The notes under the pieces were generated by a model that was not told where the DNA came from, did not search any database, and saw only the letters and a list, made by a program, of their open reading frames with translations. The position numbers were made by a program, and so were the translations under genes. A stretch of DNA of 64,000 nucleotides from an uncultured Chthonomonadaceae bacterium (GTDB taxonomy: Bacteria; Armatimonadota; Chthonomonadetes; Chthonomonadales; Chthonomonadaceae): positions 32,001 through 96,000 of the forward strand of contig CAWIEK010000002.1 in NCBI GenBank assembly GCA_963835065.1. Direction: 5' to 3'. Of this stretch, positions 61,531 to 64,000 are shown piece after piece (position 1 is the first letter of the stretch; each line of letters opens with the position of its first letter).

Positions 61531-62363
61531 TTATCCCCTGACCCGCGTTTGCCCCATGCCGATACCCGTTTTGCGCCCGGTTCCGGCATAAAAGGCGAAT
61601 TCGGCCAGCACGGTGGCGAGGTGGCGCTCCTCGGCGGAAAGGTCGCCAAGCCCAAACGCGCACTCGCCCACAAACCCGGTCTGCGCCACGCCCTTGAACC
61701 GCATGGCGCGGGTTTGCAGATGGTACGGCCCCAACAAAATACGTTCCGCGCAGGCAAGCAGGGCATCCTCGGCGATCTGCGGCACATCGGCGGCGGCGTG
61801 GGCGTTCCAGGCGCGCGCCCACGACTGCCACAGCAGGCGCGGGTCGGGCCACAAAATGTCGCGGTCATGGGAACGGAACGCGGTGGGCGTGACAAAGCGC
61901 AGCGTGAGCGTGTCGGCAGGCGGCGTCCGGTTCCACAGGTGGGCAAAGGACGCGCTGTTGGCGTCCGGGTGGCCGTCGGGCGTGGTGAGTACGTCGTGGA
62001 GGGCGTACTGCGCCCTGCCCAACCGCAAGGGCGCGGGCGGCTCCTGCTTCAGCAGCCCATGTACAAATTGCGGAAACAGCCCCTCGTCGAGCAGGGTGAT
62101 GCGCAGGGCGCAGTCGGGATTTTCGATTTTCGATTTTCGATTTTCGATTGGGGATGTGGGTGTTGGGGCTTGGCGGCGGGGTCGGGCGGCAGGAGATAGA
62201 CGGTGAAGGGCTTGCGGGCGTTGGCGGCGTGGAGGCGTTCGGCAAGGTCGGCATCCCCGCGCGCCAGCAGTTCGTAAAAGGCGGCGTGAACCACATCTCC
62301 GGCGTGAACCGGCAGGGGCGCGTTGTTAAGTCGGCGGAGGGTCAGCAGAAAAGCGTCGGGCAT
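61531..62363 (-). CDS. cas6: Cas6 crRNA-processing endoribonuclease, frameshifted at or near an internal (AATCGAA)4 tract
   Basis: N-part HAAFY.LL...LH....KPFT (frame 62049-62363). C-part LRITLL...LRFVTPTAF...GFVG...FAFYAGTGRKTGIGMGQ G-rich loop (frame 61531-62028). CCTGAAA heptamers follow the stop (61468-61526). Confidence 0.9.
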
Positions 62364-62481
62364 GGCATCCTGTTCCGGGTATAGACTGCGCCGTAGTTCG
62401 CCCTGCCCGCGCCGTTTTCCTGCGCGATCTATTATGCGGGGTGCGATTTAAATTTGGGGCACTCACATTGGCACGGGTTGC

Positions 62482-62600
62482 CAGGGATTGAAAATCCCTG
62501 TCTGGACAAAACAAGCGTCTTGCACACGCGACCATCAATGCTAGAATCCGCGTCTGCAAGACGCTTGCACTTTCCTGCCGGGTATTTTCAATACCCGGCA
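62482..62600. repeat. REPIN-like palindromic element
   Basis: CAGGGATTGAAAATCCCTG and GCCGGGTATTTTCAATACCCGGC palindromes flank a CAAGCGTCTTGCA/TGCAAGACGCTTG hairpin. Confidence 0.8.
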
Positions 62601-62632
62601 CAGGCAATGCCTTAATTTTGCAACGCACCCTA

Positions 62633-64000
62633 TTATGCACACAACAATCGGACTAAAACCGGAAGGTTTTCGCAGCCATTGTGGTGTCCTGATACCAGCC
62701 GGACGCGGGCGACGCGATCATGTTTGACGGGGCGGGGCGCGAAGGTTTTGTCGGGGAGGGCAGGCAGGCCATACGAGCGGTCAATCACGCGCAGAGTCAG
62801 GGGCGCAGTGGATTTTACGCGCAGCGTGAGCGTCAGGCCGGCATCGGGCGCGTTGAAGTACAGCAGGCTCCAGGCGTGGTTCAGGCCGATGCTGCCGCCG
62901 ATGGGCTTGCCTTCTATGGTCGCGTCCAATACCGGCGTATTCGCGTCTGCCGCAATTTCCAGCAGGGGGGCATGACGGGGCGAGGCCACGCGCAGCCGCA
63001 GTTCCCGAACGCCGTTTTCCACGCGCTCACTCTCCAAAACGGCGGTCGGCGCGGCAAGCGGCGCAAGGGGCGCGGGCGTATGGAGAAACGTTTCCGGGCT
63101 GACCGGCAGAACATCCGGCAATGCGCCGCGCAGAGGATGCTCACCCAAAAACTGCTTTGTCCAGTCGTCCGGCTTGCGGTCATTGCTCGCCCACACCGCC
63201 GTATGTGTGTCCGCGTTCAGCGCGTAGAAAATGCTGTTGGAGCGCGGGCGCGTTTCGCTCGGCTGCAAGGCTTCCGCGCCCACCCACAGCAGAACCGCGC
63301 CGATTGCCATCAGCAGCAAAGGCAACGCCTGCGGATGCAGGGGCGCAACGCGAACCATAACCCGCATCTGCGGATACAGCAAGGCGATTGTCAGCGCGGT
63401 CAATGCGCCAACAATCGTCAGCGAACCGATGGACAGGGTCGCAAACAGTAGGCACAGCACAGGCAAGACCAGCAGAACGGCAGGCGCAAGTCCAAGCATC
63501 AGACACGTCAGCGCGATTTGCGCAGGGTTCATTCCCTCCTGCCATTTTCGGGGCGCGAACAGCAGCCCTTGCGCCACCAACACGCCAAGCAGGGGCCACA
63601 CAAACAGATAGCTTCCGCCCGGCAGCAGCAAGGCGGTCAGCCACGCCAGCAGCAGCCACCACACCATTGCGCCCATCGCAACCGCGTCACGCGCCAACAG
63701 GAACGGCATTTGCAGCCCAGGCGCACCCTGCGCTTCCCCCTCCGTTTTCGATACATCCGCTTCTGATTTCTCTTTGTCTTGTAACTTCTCTTTTTCGCGT
63801 TTACGAGGCCGCGTTTGCGTTTCCGCCGTTTCCTCTGCGTTGGTCCCGTTCCCCGCTGTCGTATCATGCTTACGCGCCGAACGCTTCCAATCCAGCAGCA
63901 ATATCACGCTTCCCATCGTCAGCAAAATGACGCCCGCTAATGTGGTATTGTCCAGATACAGCGTCATGCGCGGCGTCACGGCTCCCGATGTGAGCCAGTA
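62633..64000 (-). CDS. C-terminal part of a multi-TM M28-type (ERMP1-like) peptidase, runs off the window
   Basis: Multiple TM helices, PGGSYLFVWP, RPRSNSIFYALNADT..A.W, LRLRVASPR and DRSYGLP; possible frameshift near 62720. Confidence 0.7.
   Translation of the reverse strand, partial: YWLTSGAVTPRMTLYLDNTTLAGVILLTMGSVILLLDWKRSARKHDTTAGNGTNAEETAETQTRPRKREKEKLQDKEKSEADVSKTEGEAQGAPGLQMPFLLARDAVAMGAMVWWLLLAWLTALLLPGGSYLFVWPLLGVLVAQGLLFAPRKWQEGMNPAQIALTCLMLGLAPAVLLVLPVLCLLFATLSIGSLTIVGALTALTIALLYPQMRVMVRVAPLHPQALPLLLMAIGAVLLWVGAEALQPSETRPRSNSIFYALNADTHTAVWASNDRKPDDWTKQFLGEHPLRGALPDVLPVSPETFLHTPAPLAPLAAPTAVLESERVENGVRELRLRVASPRHAPLLEIAADANTPVLDATIEGKPIGGSIGLNHAWSLLYFNAPDAGLTLTLRVKSTAPLTLRVIDRSYGLPALPDKTFAPRPVKHDRVARVRLVSGHHNGCENLPVLVRLLCA

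Overview
GC-rich bacterial chromosomal window. The gene content is compatible with an Armatimonadota-like soil or aquatic bacterium, but that taxonomy is inference only. About 60 CDS are supportable and no rRNA or tRNA genes were seen. Housekeeping and metabolic genes include glmS with a DeoR regulator, pgl, aldo/keto reductases, an ABC-2 exporter with an Eis-like GNAT, and a hybrid kinase/PP2C-RsbW/STAS partner-switch cluster. Accessory content includes two tandem class III cyclase-STAND ATPase-TPR (NLR-like) paralogs and many small toxin-antitoxin-like cassettes (HNH pair, Uma2, HEPN plus a BolA-like partner, XisH/XisI, DUF433/DUF5615). A reduced type III-associated CRISPR locus comprises a cas1 3' remnant, a leader with a near-consensus sigma70 promoter, 4 x 37-nt repeats, a terminator, and a convergent cas6-csx15-TM/CARF (Cam1-like) operon with no cas10 in the window. 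The most striking signal is a pervasive system of short-period repeats. About ten 7/8-nt families and several 9-nt modules occur as inverted pairs, as nested MITE-like hairpins, and as translated in-frame inserts in proteins (two in GlmS, plus the ABC permease and ATPase, a polyferredoxin and Cas6). One heptamer tract coincides with the cas6 frameshift and another with the cas1 truncation. At least 9 genes carry single-base frameshifts, so the assembly probably contains indel errors and individual frameshift claims need read-level checking.
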